Below are positions 39,987-52,694 of a stretch of 64,000 nucleotides of DNA, piece after piece (position 1 is the stretch's first letter; every line of letters starts with the position of its first letter). The notes under the pieces were generated by a model. The model had not been told where the DNA came from. It ran no database searches and saw only the letters and a list, made by a program, of their open reading frames with translations. This stretch comes from Kudoa neothunni (taxonomy: Eukaryota > Animalia > Cnidaria). A program made the translations under genes and the position numbers. The stretch is from NCBI GenBank assembly GCA_964304625.1, contig OZ199839.1:11822479-11886478 (forward strand), given 5' to 3'.

Positions 39987-41159
39987 TTAAATGATTTACT
40001 TTTAATAAGCGATATGCTCGCTATTTCATTTAAATGTAGTTGTGACGAATTGATATCAAAATAATAAATATTATAAAGAATGCTAATGACATTAATTTTT
40101 ATTAAAAAACGTTAGAGCATTGTTAAAAGTGTAATAAATGCATTTTTTGGTTTCGCCTTATCTCTATTTCGGTGATGGGCTGCAAAGTAGCATATGTATG
40201 TTATTTCGTAATATATTTGCGTGTTTTTAGTACTTTGATTAACCTGACTTTGCAATGAGTCAATTCTTCTTTAATCTCAAATCTTTAGATTCAAATAATG
40301 ACTTTTCTCATACTCTTGAATATAAAATCTTAAATTTTCAAAAGTTTCAAATTTCATTCCAATATGAAAATCGTCTGAATTCGAATCACTCAATGTAGTT
40401 CAACCAATCTCGTAAAACTCGTGAAGTTATCTATACATTATATGGCTCAAAGTAATAAATTAGAAATAATTAATATTTATAATTAATTCAACGTTAATAT
40501 TGCTTTAGTCTATTAAATTCGCTAACATTTATGTTATTAGTCGTTTATTTTCCATAAATTTACAATCATCTCAAATTTCTTTATTTTTTATTATTTAATA
40601 GAGAAAAATATAAATAATGTGAAATTAGTTATTTAATAGAGATAATAATTTCTGAGAAATTGATTCCTGTGCTAATAGCCACTGCCTTCTACTATTACGT
40701 CTTCAGATATTAAATTTAAATTTATCGTCGTATTATTTTAATTTTTGGGCGCGAACACTCACTCATACATAACTTCTAGTATAGATTAATATACTGATAA
40801 TTATAATGACTTCACAGATCAAGATATATTTTGAAATAACGCTTAAATTTTCTAGCAATGCGTGACAACGTTTACTGAGGAATTGTGTAATCGTGCCACG
40901 TAAAACAATCTAATGTGCTGTCGTTCAAGATCGAAAACGCTTAAACTCTGCATGATATAATCTGAAGAGGATACTTAATTGTAAATATAAATATTAATGC
41001 CGCACATAAAAAAAATTGTGCTATTATTCAATGTTTAAAGGTTTTCAATAAAAACTCAAGATTTTCTAAAAAATAAAAAAACTACCAAGAAACTAAGATT
41101 AGTAGAAATATTCAAAGATCTTGGGGGAACCCAAGGTCCGGATGAACGTCCCGAACCCT

Positions 41160-41439
41160 ATCTATCTATGTATCTATCCATAAGGACTTTGGCTCTATGG
41201 CGATTTTATTCCTGTTAGTACATCCTCAACGATTCAAACCTCTAATTCAACCATTTCTTTTGGATAGAACTATAATTGTAGACGAAATTAAACTTATGGT
41301 GAAATCGCAATCAAACAATAGCCCCCATTACGGGATAGAGATGCGCCCGTACGCAAACAATAGTTTGGTCAGCAGCGGGAATCGAACCAGGTACCTCCGG
41401 GTATTGGGTCAAGTCATCATATCACTGGGTTATGTGACC
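41160..41439 (-). mobile_element. tRNA-derived SINE-like element
   Basis: On -, a 73-nt head (41367-41439) GGTCACATAACCCAGTG...GGTTCGATTCCCGCTGCTGACC has A/B boxes and a partial acceptor stem but an unpaired anticodon arm. (GATA)n-type tail at 41160-41180. Confidence 0.65.
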
Positions 41440-41619
41440 TCGGTTCTAACAAACAATAAACACATCATCCAAATTCCTAAACGGCACTGTAACATTTATT
41501 ATTCTCAGGCGCTCCGCGCGATATATAATAAAGTGCATTATTTGTGTCGTTGCTGTAATGGAGGTAAAGGTTATAACAATAGATCAGATTGATTTCAATC
41601 AAGATGTTAAACAATAATT

Positions 41620-43800
41620 ATTCTAAATCAGATGGCTGTCAGTCAAGATGTCTTGGAATGGGTCTCAACTTTACGCACACATCTTGCTGTTTCTGTGTCG
41701 TTCAATCCGTTCTTTCCTGATTTTACTTGAAATTCCCCTGGTATTTCAAGTAAAATCATAGTTATGGAGAAAATATAGAGTTACTCGTGAATGCTACACA
41801 CACCGGATCAATTATTAAAATGCTTGGAAGAGGAAAAAAGGAACCTAATTTAAATGTTATTTGGTACTTCCATAGGTTTGTTTCATCTACTTTGAAGGCA
41901 AAGCCTAACTCAACTGAAGAAGATCTTAACTTTTAGATCACACGTAAACTAATTACAACTGGCCGTCGATGAGACAGTGCAACGCTTCAAACATAAGGAA
42001 GTTGCTCTATTCAAAATCCCATGGAAATGATACAGTTGTTCGTCGACAATGAGACAGAGCAAACTAGTTTTCCGCCAAACGCAGTTTCGAAATCCCAAGA
42101 CATACAATGTGATAAGTGTGGTAGAAAGCACAAAACATCATTTTGCTAGAGATAGGCTATCTGTAAAAGTTGCCATCAACGTAGCCATATGGCGAAAAAA
42201 TGCAAAAAAAGGGGAAATTGCCGACGAGAGTGATTTTCGCTTGGGCCACATCTTGTGAAACATCCGACAATCGTCTATGATGAATAATTGAAACTACCCC
42301 TTCTAACAAGGTAAATCCCATTTTATGTCCCATATCTGTCCCTTCTACAAAAAAGTTTTACAACACCCTAATTGAGTTGATATTGACTTGGCGTACAATT
42401 TAGTCTTCCAAGCTGTTGTTCCCAAAAAGATATTGAACGGTATGAGTTGGTATTACAAACTGCAATTGGCGTACCTATAGAAAACGAATATAAATCGATG
42501 GTACATGTAAATGTTACTGGGAAAACTATACTTACAACATTATTTATTGGTGGCAGGTGTATGGGTCCATGATGCGATTATAGGCCGGAATTTCATCGCA
42601 TCACACCTTTCATTCAACTTACATTTACCTGATACCAGCGGCCATTACAAAATTATTTTTCCATTAGGCTCCAATAGAATATGATGGTATCAGCCGTCGA
42701 TTGACAACGTCGTTGCTCTGGTTCAAAGATATCTTCTCTAGCGGTAATTTCACATTGACTATTGTGATATAATGCCACACTGCAAATAATTATTGGTATA
42801 TCATTGCCTATTGCTCAACGTCCTTATAAAGTTCCATTCCAAAGACAAATTGAATACAGTGATAAAGAAAATGCTTACCGTAGGAATTATTCGTTACTCA
42901 CCAGTTATTCTTGTTACAAAAAAGGATAACTCAACCTGTCTCTACGTCGACTATAGAAAACTTAATGATATAAGACTGAAAGATGAGTATCCTCTGTTGC
43001 CCTTAGATAATACCATAGTCCAATTGGCAGGTCCACTAGTTTTTACCAACCCTGGACGTGAAGTCTGTCTATTGGCGGATACCCATCGACGAAAAGGACA
43101 TTTCAAAAACAGCAGAGCCCACCCTATTCCATTAAATAATCCTGATATAATGTGGCATTTTGGCTTTATTGGGGTGTTTCCGGCAACCAAGAGTGGCGAT
43201 AGTTTTATTTGACTAATGGTTGGCCAATTCACTAAATAGATTTAGACAAATTCTATGAGCTCTATTACTTCTAAAGGTATTGTAAATGCGGTCTTGGAAC
43301 TCTTTGTACCAACTCGAATACATTCAGATAGAGACCATCAGTTTGACTCCAATGGATTCGCCGATCTGTGTATCCGTCTAGACATCAGTCATTCTAAGTC
43401 CATTTCATATTACCCAGAGGATATAATGGAACGGCGCAGAGGTAAATAGGTGATCTAAAATCAAAATCCTGTCCTTTGTTGTAATGTCACAATTAGGAGT
43501 CGGATGAACTGATTGATCCTGTCCTTTTTGGACTTAGAGTTACACTATCAGAGTCGATAAAATGATCATCTACTTATTTAACATACGCAAGAAAACTGTT
43601 CACCTAATTTGAGTCGAGATTGGTCAAAATAACTGAAAACTTATCGTCCCCAATCGTGAATGAATACGTTAAATAATTAGTAAGGTCTCTTAAAATATGC
43701 AAAAGAACCGATAAGAAAACATACAAATAGCACAAGAAAAACAAAAATTGTACTGCGATAAAAATGAAACTAAAATACATTATAAAGTTGGCGAATCTAT
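41620..43800 (+). mobile_element. Ty3/Gypsy LTR-retrotransposon remnant (gag-pol)
   Basis: Zinc knuckles CDKCGRKH..C and CKSCHQRSHMAKKC (~42108-42205); RT SPVILVTKKD..LYVDYRKLN..DEYPL; integrase PTRIHSDRDHQFDS..SYYP. Many stops and deletions. Confidence 0.88.
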
Positions 43801-43809
43801 GCTCTAGAG

Positions 43810-44134
43810 CAGGGGTTCTCAACCATTTTTTAAATTTACCCCTTATGTTTGAAGCTAAATTCATATGTACATTACGTTTGTCTATTTATTTAAGTATTAT
43901 TCTGTTATATTTCCAAATAAAAAACGAAGAATAAACAAAAAATATTTATAATTTTATGAATAATTGTTAAATGATTGTTACTAAAAACATTTCTACCATC
44001 ATCTTAATTGAGTTTCATTGCCCTCACTAATACAACTCCTTAGAAATCTTTAAGTATGTAGCAAACCTCATTATGCAAAAATTATTAGATCCGATTTTGA
44101 TACCATTTATTTTATCCCTGGTTGAGAACATCTG
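43810..44134. mobile_element. hAT (Charlie/Buster-type) MITE, 325 bp
   Basis: TIRs CAGGGGTTCTCAACC / GGTTGAGAACATCTG. Perfect 8-bp TSD CTCTAGAG at 43802-43809 and 44135-44142, with the central TA typical of the group. Confidence 0.93.
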
Positions 44135-44599
44135 CTCTAGAGAAACCTTATCGCGTCCTCTCTATGTATTAAGTTACTTGTTCCCTACATGATCATTAAG
44201 AAGAAACATCCATTTTATGATAATTAAAATGATGGTAAAGTCACCCTAATTTATATGAATGATTTCAAAATGGTTTGTGTAAAAATGAAAATTCTAAATT
44301 TTGGATTGGATGAGAAAATCGAAAAAATAAATTATTGTCCCATTTATTATGAATTGTAAAATGTAACACTTTAAATTGAAAGTTAAAAAAGGAGATTGAA
44401 TAATAATTCCTATCACAAACAAAACAATAATTCATCTGATAAATTATCATATATATATACGCAAATTTATGCTGTAAATATAACATATTTAATCCTCCAC
44501 ACAGTAGAAACTGTAAAGCTCAGTGCTCACCTAAGACAACAATATTCTTTTCAATAGGTAGCATATTTGGGAGCAAGTGTTCAGATTTAACACATCAAG

Positions 44600-45050
44600 A
44601 AATATTTGAGTTTGGATAAGTGACGATGCTGAACAATTAGATCGTCACAATTATCCGATAAAAGCGGTTACTTACTGGTTTTCGAAATGCGGACGATTTC
44701 ATCAGAATCGTTTTATTTGATTTTCAAAATTTGGTGGCCTAAAAAAGTTATAGAAATTGATGAATGTCTTCCAAGTTGGAAGCGAAAAAATAAACGAGGA
44801 TGATATTTGGCATATGATAGGTGGAGAAAGGTTTTCAATGAAACCTATATTTCATCTGACTCGGAGAATAACGAAATCGAAAGCAATGAAAAATCCTACA
44901 CTGTTGAACGCCACGGTGGTAATCGTATCGAAGACCTGTGATGTGGTAGGAATATGGGAATGTTCCATCGACAAGGAAGGCAAGAGAAACCTATTAGAAT
45001 CTGTTGTGTATTTGACACACGCTAAACAAAACACAACTACACAATGATTC
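44600..45050 (+). mobile_element. Merlin/ISXO2-like transposase fragment
   Basis: KFGGLKKVIEIDECL..KRK and HGGNRIE..VG in a frame not shown by the ORF track; decayed. Confidence 0.6.
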
Positions 45051-45059
45051 CATATTTCT

Positions 45060-46015
45060 AAGAATGAGGATATAAAGCCGCTGAATGTTTATAGTTTATT
45101 TGAGTGCTTAACACTTCCCTCTTAAATAGAGGATAGAGGATACGTTTTGGATAACCTAAAACTCATCTAGATGTGTTCGGCTCCTTAGTAATCGTCGAAT
45201 TGGTATGTTGTGATTCTCATTAAGTTGACGATTGTCTGTGTCGTTTAGGTTTGAATTTGCTCTCGACATCTCGACGATATCTTGTTTATCGACTAGCTCT
45301 TCATTAGTTGAATGACTCTCATAGACTTTAGGGATATTTTTAGTGTTTTGAATATGTTGCTTATTTTCGATTTTTGTGTATCTTTTGCGTAATTGCTGTG
45401 CGTGTCTGTAATATTTGGTTATATAAGGGATGTGATCAAAACCCACGCTTGCGTGGTCATCAACAGGGCGGGTCGGCACTGCTGCGCATTAAGCCATGGG
45501 TCGTGGGTTCGATTCTCGCTCGTGACGACTCAATTACATCGCGTTCTATAACCAACCGGTTTGTTACATACATACATACATACACATTCGAACGATTTCT
45601 TAGTGACTATCTAACTTTAATTAAGCTCAACCATGAGCCCGTGTGTTATGTTTGCACCTTTTGGTAAACTTTAACGTATAGCAGAGGTTACCAACTCACT
45701 TAAATACTTTATTGCTTTTGGTCTTTCTCTTCCATACGTTAAATTGTTTCTACCATATTCAGTGGGTTGTTTGCAGAGAGATATACTTTGTTGATTATGA
45801 AGCATGGAGTTAATTCCAGTTTGGATTTGACGTCCATTGGGCAATTGGTTGGAAGACAATCCCAAAGAAAGTGGAGTCAGTCGATATTGTTTAGGAAATT
45901 CCTGTAAAGTTTGCTTATTACTACTCAATGTTAACTTTCTTAGAGAATGCTTAAATGTTTGAACTAACCTCTCTGTCGACCCCTGAGATGATGGATAATA
46001 ATATAACACGGCGCA
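45060..46015 (-). mobile_element. Gypsy integrase 3' remnant with polypurine tract and start of 3' LTR
   Basis: YYPSSQGSTERLVQTFKHSL..YRLTP..GLSSNQLPNGRQI integrase core. On -, AAGAGGGAAG is followed directly by TGTT (45113). Confidence 0.82.
45451..45587 (+). mobile_element. Short tRNA-derived SINE-like insertion within the Gypsy remnant
   Basis: GC-rich head with B box GGTTCGATTC (45506-45515) and an (ACAT)n tail (45566-45587). Confidence 0.6.
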
Positions 46016-46940
46016 CCAGTAGATTTAATATTTGATAGTGTCTATTAGCACCAGGGCGTGCAAACCTTGGGGTTTTTTTACTAACTTTGGGTTCTTGTGG
46101 TTTTTTTAGTTTCTTTACAAAACTTGTAGATTACTGAATTCTTTTAGATCAATTATAAATAAAAGTTTTAGAATTAGATAAAATAATCGTATTTATTGTT
46201 TTGATAATGGAGAGAATTAAAATTATTCGAAATTTTAAAAAAACATTATCGTCGGTGCCGCGCTGTTTTCCGATCCTTGGGTATTTGTTATTTATTAAAT
46301 TGTTCTTATTATTCCGTGATTGTATTTGGGCATTTCATTGCTGTCTAGAAATTTCCTAGTTTTTTTTTCTAACATATTTTTAAGTTATTGAAATATATTA
46401 TTTTAAAGTATGCGTGAAATTTCAAACGGAGCTCAAAAGGAGCGTGGGATAATATGTGTTCCAATTAAGAGTGGTTAATAGTAGATTTTATAGATTGGCT
46501 TGACCAAGATGCTAAGGATAGAAATTACAGCTACTGCAAATATTGTACAAAAATTTTCATCAATGAACACAGTAATAATTAAACAAGCTAACTCATTAAA
46601 GGCTTAAGATGTAAAATGTAAACTTCTCACGAAGCAAGTGATCAGAAAAAATAATAATATGTGTTTGACGTCACATCCAACAAATAAACTAATACATGAT
46701 GTGAGCGACGATACCTTGAACTCTTGAAAAAAAGATCAAACTTCTTAACTGAGGTTTGTGAAGATGGCGAAGACGATTCAATTGACGACAATAATTAGAA
46801 AACGCGTTTAAAATGAAAGTTTTAGTTGTTTTAATAATATTATTGTTTTCTTTGCGACCATTTATTTTTTTCGCTTACTCTTGGGTTATTTAAAAGTTCA
46901 ATTTTGGGATTTTTCCGATAGTCTCATTGGATGCCCTGGT
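46016..46940 (+). mobile_element. hAT-derived element, copy 3 (uninterrupted)
   Basis: TAGTGTCTATTAGCACCAGGGCGTGCAA...TTGGATGCCCTGG. Colinear with joined 9943-10717 + 14112-14260 and holds the empty site CTTC-TTAA-CTGAGG (46741-46754). Confidence 0.82.
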
Positions 46941-47813
46941 TTGCAATCCCTTTGTGCGTGCGAGTACGACTAAAGCATTACTTCAAAATTTGGGTTTTTC
47001 CTATATTAGTTGTTGCAAATAATTTATAATAGTCAAAAACGCCAAATAATGTATTTTAATTTGTTCTTAATGTCGTACATCGATGATTATCTATCATTGA
47101 AATTACACTCATATTTACTCCATAAAACAATTTCATGTCAATTTTAATGTCTTAGAGATTACAAAATGGTTGAATAATAATAATTACAGGAAATATTAAT
47201 ATGAATATATCTGTTTGGTTTACTAATTTTACACATAATGAGTCCAGAAAGTCACGATTTATTTAACAAACGATTTTCGTCATCTGTTAATTTAAAAAAT
47301 CAATATATCTGGTAGTGTACACTTATTTTATCTCAATTCGAATGAAATATATTCGGCCAATCCAACGTTTTTCAATATTTATATAAAAGCTGGTTAAACA
47401 GTCAAAACATGTAAGCTCTTTTCCATCGTTTCGATGCTCTGTCATTTGGTTCAAACACAATTAACAGGATTGAACGAGAGCATGGAAAGATAAAAAATTT
47501 ATTGACGCAATAATCGTTGATTCATCAATTAAATTCAATATTCAATGGCTATAAGGACATCCATAGTGATGTTTTATTAAAAAATGATCTGATACTTATT
47601 AAGAACAAAATCGATGATGTTGACGATGATATGATATTTTGGCATTAATGAATCGTTTTTCCAATTTTGCTGCTGAAAAATAAAATTAAAGACCCAAAAT
47701 CTGAAAGTATTATCAATTTGGAATTTAAAAAACATGTTCTTTGTTCGTATTGTATCTATTTCAGCAGTTGTTACATTTCAAGATAATATACACAAGTGTG
47801 ATTGTAATTTTTT

Positions 47814-48841
47814 GGCTACTTTAGAGTAAATGTGACGAACTACGACATTTTTTGTAAATTAACGAATAATTACGTGAGATGGGACTTTTTAGGAAATTAT
47901 TCACGTTAGGAGACATTGACGATATACCAATTTTTAAATTTGCATATTTTCGTGAAGATACTGCATACATGATTAAAGTTATGTAGAATCTTGGACTCCT
48001 ACAAAAAAACATGGAATGTTCGGGTGGCGCGGTAATGAAGATATCAACAAAAAAGGACGTCGGTGACGGCTGACAATTTAGATTTACAGGTTGCCGAAAA
48101 CGATGCTCAGTAAGGGAAAATAGTATTTTCGAATTAACCAAATTTCCTCTGTGGAAATGTTTTCTTTCTATAGTTTACGCCATTCAAAACCCAACGGCCA
48201 CTTACGAAATACTACAACTTTATTTCAAAATAAAGTCATTTTCTACTATATTTGAATGGAAAAGTATTATTCATGATTTAATGTACTCAAAACTTGACGA
48301 AGAATCCGAAAAAATCGAGGGAGTAGGAGTTGTTGTTCAGATCGATGAAACTGCTATCTCAGAAAGAAATACAATATAAATAGAATATTGAAGAACCAAC
48401 AGTATTGCATGAGAGGCGGAATAGATAAAGATGGAAATTGCTTCTTAAAAATTTCACGCCTTAGAAATCAAGGTGTTCTCGAGGGAATAATCACCGAGAA
48501 TGTTGAAGACGGTTTCCCAATACCGGAAAATGGTTGGGCTGAGTATAATCGTCTGGCAGATTTAGGGTTTGTTCATGGGAAAGCGGTCCATAAAAGATGA
48601 TTCGTATCGAATCGAAGCTATTTGGAAAGCTTTCAAGCGCAAATACAGGAAGACGACCAAAAAAGGTCCAGAAAACTTTCACGGATATATATCCGATTTT
48701 TTTAGTCATTAATATAAAAAGAAGGGCTTGAACATTCTGTTTAAATATATAATGTTTTTATATTCCACTTAACATTGCGATAAATTTTTCACGAGCGTTA
48801 TATTTTTGTACCAAGATCGTCACATATACTGTAAAATAGTC
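47814..48841 (+). mobile_element. Merlin transposon, near full length (~1.03 kb), decayed
   Basis: TIRs GGCTACTTTAGAGTAAATGTGACGA / GACTATTTTACAGTATATGTGACGA (rc). IEGVGVVVQIDETA, NQQY..GGIDKDGNCFLKI; colinear with 11515-12513. Confidence 0.88.
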
Positions 48842-50520
48842 GATATAACTGGATCCTCTTGTGATAACTTTTTGATATTTATGTTGGGGTTTTATGAATA
48901 ATGCATTAATCGACTTCAATACATATACAATGTCTTTATCCTATATTCTTCTTCGGAGGAGGAGGAGGAAAATTTTGGATCAGGACCACTACCACTGTAA
49001 TCAAGATAACTCACTCTATTTCGCGCTAAATAGAAAAAGTTATTGTCGATTTAAAGATTCTTTAACATTTTAGAATTTTCTAAAAAGTTCCAAATTTATT
49101 TCCCAAAATGTTTTTAACAGTTTTTTCAAACAAAAGTTGGGGTGTATTTACACCCTAATTTTATTCGGAACCCGTTTTAGCGTTAATTTGAGTCACAATA
49201 AAAAACGAAAATTTGATTTTCTCTTTTTATGTATTACGTAAATTTAGAAAATTAGAGGGAACATAAAAAGCATTTGTCGCGTTTGTAATGAGAAAAATTG
49301 TCATCAATAATCGTTTAGTATGGAAACACATCCAATTTTTCTTGGAAGTTTATTTTGGGAAATAAAAATTAATCGTCGCCACTTATAATCGATTGATATA
49401 GGTTTGGCTATTTTTATGATCTCCCTGAGATGATTCTAATTGTAACTGCGCGTATCACAATCAATAAAATTATGATATTTAAAAAAAGATTAATTTAAGT
49501 TCTTCGCTGGATTAATTGGAAGGATTCATATATTTGCTAAATTTTTAAAAAAGTTTTTCTACGATAAAGTATTCTCAGTCCCGCGTGAAGTTGGGCAATT
49601 CTGGTTAGTATCTAGTATATTTTTAAACAGTTATGCCAATAAGGAGGGAAATATTTTTTATCTAATACTCTATTTGACAAATATTGGGAAGTGATTGAAT
49701 AGCACGTTTATAAACATTCCAATAACATTGTCAGCTAGAAGATAGCCACGATTCTTATACACGGTGTTCAGATTTTCCCCTGGCCATCACTCATTTTTAG
49801 GATTATTTTTCTTTTGAGATGACGCCAAACAACTTTAATAGTATTTGTGTGAAGTGTCTCGGACGCGACGGATATTTTAGAGTGATTCGCACTTATATAT
49901 TATCATAAGTTTAACTTCTGAGTAAGTTATATTACAACCACTTATCAATAAAAGACTCGGTTGACTGCTCAAACTATAGAAAACAAAATCGAGTTGAAGT
50001 TGTATATTTCTCTTCTCAATAATTTAAAACCTTGAATCCGACAATTTGTGAGTTTTATCGTTATCAATAAACCATTCGCAAATATCAACTATCCAATGGC
50101 TGTTCATTCAGTAATCGTGTTGTCTTCCAGTCCTCACTTTATGTGTTAAGGTATACATTCCAGGGAAATATCTCTTCCTTGAAAAATCGATTATACCCGC
50201 CCAACACTTGTCTATTGCCAATTTTCTCATTCTAATTGTTATTACTACGACTCTTTAGTAGATTGTCGTCGATATCTGCTATTTATTGATTCCTTCGAAT
50301 TTCTCTCTTCATCAAAACATTCTACAGGAAATATTTCTTAATAATGAGGATTAAAATATCACCGATATTCCTTTATTGGTGATAATGTTGTCACTCTATT
50401 TCCTTTTTCTTCATTGCATCAATAGTAGGTTAATTAAATAAGTGAGACTGCCTATTTTGACGTTTTCCTCTAAAATTGTTATTTATACGAGAAAATATTA
50501 AAAATAAAATGGACTTGGAC

Positions 50521-50553
50521 GTATGTATGTATGTATGTATGTATGTATGTATG
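50521..50553. repeat. (GTAT)n microsatellite
   Basis: Eight tandem GTAT units read directly. Confidence 0.95.
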
Positions 50554-52694
50554 AGTATTTTTCAACCTCATCATAAAATAAATGTCAAAACATTGCTCCC
50601 TTTTCTTTGCGTCACCTTCAAACATAAAGTGATATATCTGTGATAATTTTGCCATTGATTAGCTTTTAATCAGTTCTCCATCAGATAAGAAAGAAAATAA
50701 TGCATTAAAATTGAACAAAAGGCGATAAATTGACCGTGTGTTATATGGTTCACCATTAAGATATGCTGTATATAAAATGGATTAAATTCACGAGTTATTT
50801 ACATTTTTTAATGTTTTATGAAACATAATAAACTACAATTTATCAATAATTAAAACAATATTACTAATTATTATTGCTCCTTGTATGTCGCATTTTACTT
50901 AAAAAATAGATTCTCATTAAATATAAAATTAATTTTGATTTAAAAATTATAACTATGGTATGATTTTAATGATTTATTACGTTAAAAAAGTGAACAAAAA
51001 TCGTGCGCGACAGTCGACTTAATTACCGAAACGTGATTTAGTGTAGCGCGTTAGTATCAAATGTTTGAATTTTTGTAGTCTGCCAATATTATATAAATTA
51101 TTTAAATCAAATGGCATAAGAATCGGGAATTCGTGAGTGCGCGAACACGTTAAAATTTTAGAATGGGATTTTCCATCATTATCATCCACTTTTATATGAA
51201 TTGTTAATAAGATACTAAATACATTATAGAAATATTTGATAAGAATCAATAGATGATTGTTACTGTAACGAATGGATTACAATCGTTATAATCCGCATGC
51301 TACGGTCACTGTTATGACTATTCATAAAGATTATTCAGGTACTAATGATATTAGTTAATGTCGATCATAGATGCGGTTATCAATCCCCGAATGATTCATT
51401 ACATTCTCTTATCTATAATTCATGAAATAAACAACATTCATTAAGTGAATTGTGTTTTGGTGAATTTATATATATTGACCATTATAGCTAATGGTTTTAC
51501 AAGGTCTATTAAGACCACCTGAATGATAGCGCAAAATTGATGACTCAATTTTATTTATATTATTGTCTCCTCTTGAATACAATAGTATACATAGATATAT
51601 AATATGATTGAACAACAGAATTTAAGTCAAAAACCATTAGTTTTATTAAAATCATTTGTCATTTTTATCCAAGAGAGATTTGTTGAAAGAATTAAAATGT
51701 ATATTTCTCCAACATTGCAAACATGATCTATCATTTTTTGTTAACATTGAATGAGATTTTGTTCCCTACAATAAATTAATGAGGCATTTTAAGAAAGTGA
51801 TTTTTAGAATAATTTTAACAATTTCAGTTTCAATTTTTTAGATGTCATTAAGATGGAATATGGTGGACAAATAATGTTTTATACTGACGGATTATGTACC
51901 TATTTGGGGGTTAAACCGAATGTATTTCATTATTTAATCGATTTATGAAACACTTCAAGTATTGTGTTTAATTTTGTTAGTCAATGAACATATTTAATAT
52001 ATTTTTTTTCATAAATGTGCCAAAGAGAAAGTGTGTAAAACCGATTAATCACGTGATTAATAACATGGGAATTGCTTAACCTTTTTACATTCTTGTTTTC
52101 GTTAAAATAATATAATATTTTTGATTTAATTAAAAAATCATAATTGTTTTTCGAATGAGTAACTTTATCATGTTGATTTTGTTAATTTTATTGATGAACA
52201 TTCATTTGCACATCGGACATGCGAAAAATCGGTCATTAACTTCATTCATAAATAGATACATCGAATTTTTTATAAGTAAAAATTAAAACTATTAAAAAAA
52301 GTAAAAATTTTTTGAAACGATTAAATTATAATATAACAAGTTAAGAAATTTTTAACCTAATTTTAACAAAAATCGAGTCTAATTTGATGTATTTTTCAAT
52401 TTAACAGCCAATATATATAAAAATATACATTTAATAAATCGATTTATATAGGTTTTTATTACTTTTAGAAGTATTGATCCACAAATAATTGTATACTATT
52501 GGATATTTATTCATTTTAAACAGTGGAAATACAATTGAGATTCATGCCATACATTTGTTATAATTATAATTCAATTAATTGATATAATCCATATACACTG
52601 ATTATATCGAAGTTGTGATGAGATTAGTAAATATCGTTATCGTTGTTATAATAACCTATTTTGACACAAGTATAAGAACAAATTGGCAGTAGTC

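Noticed and set aside
41367-41439. Possible tRNA gene
   Set aside because: The anticodon and D stems do not pair, and a body plus microsatellite tail follows, so it is treated as a SINE head.
49640-50420. Possible decayed retroelement on -
   Set aside because: Composition is suggestive but no convincing RT or integrase motif could be read.
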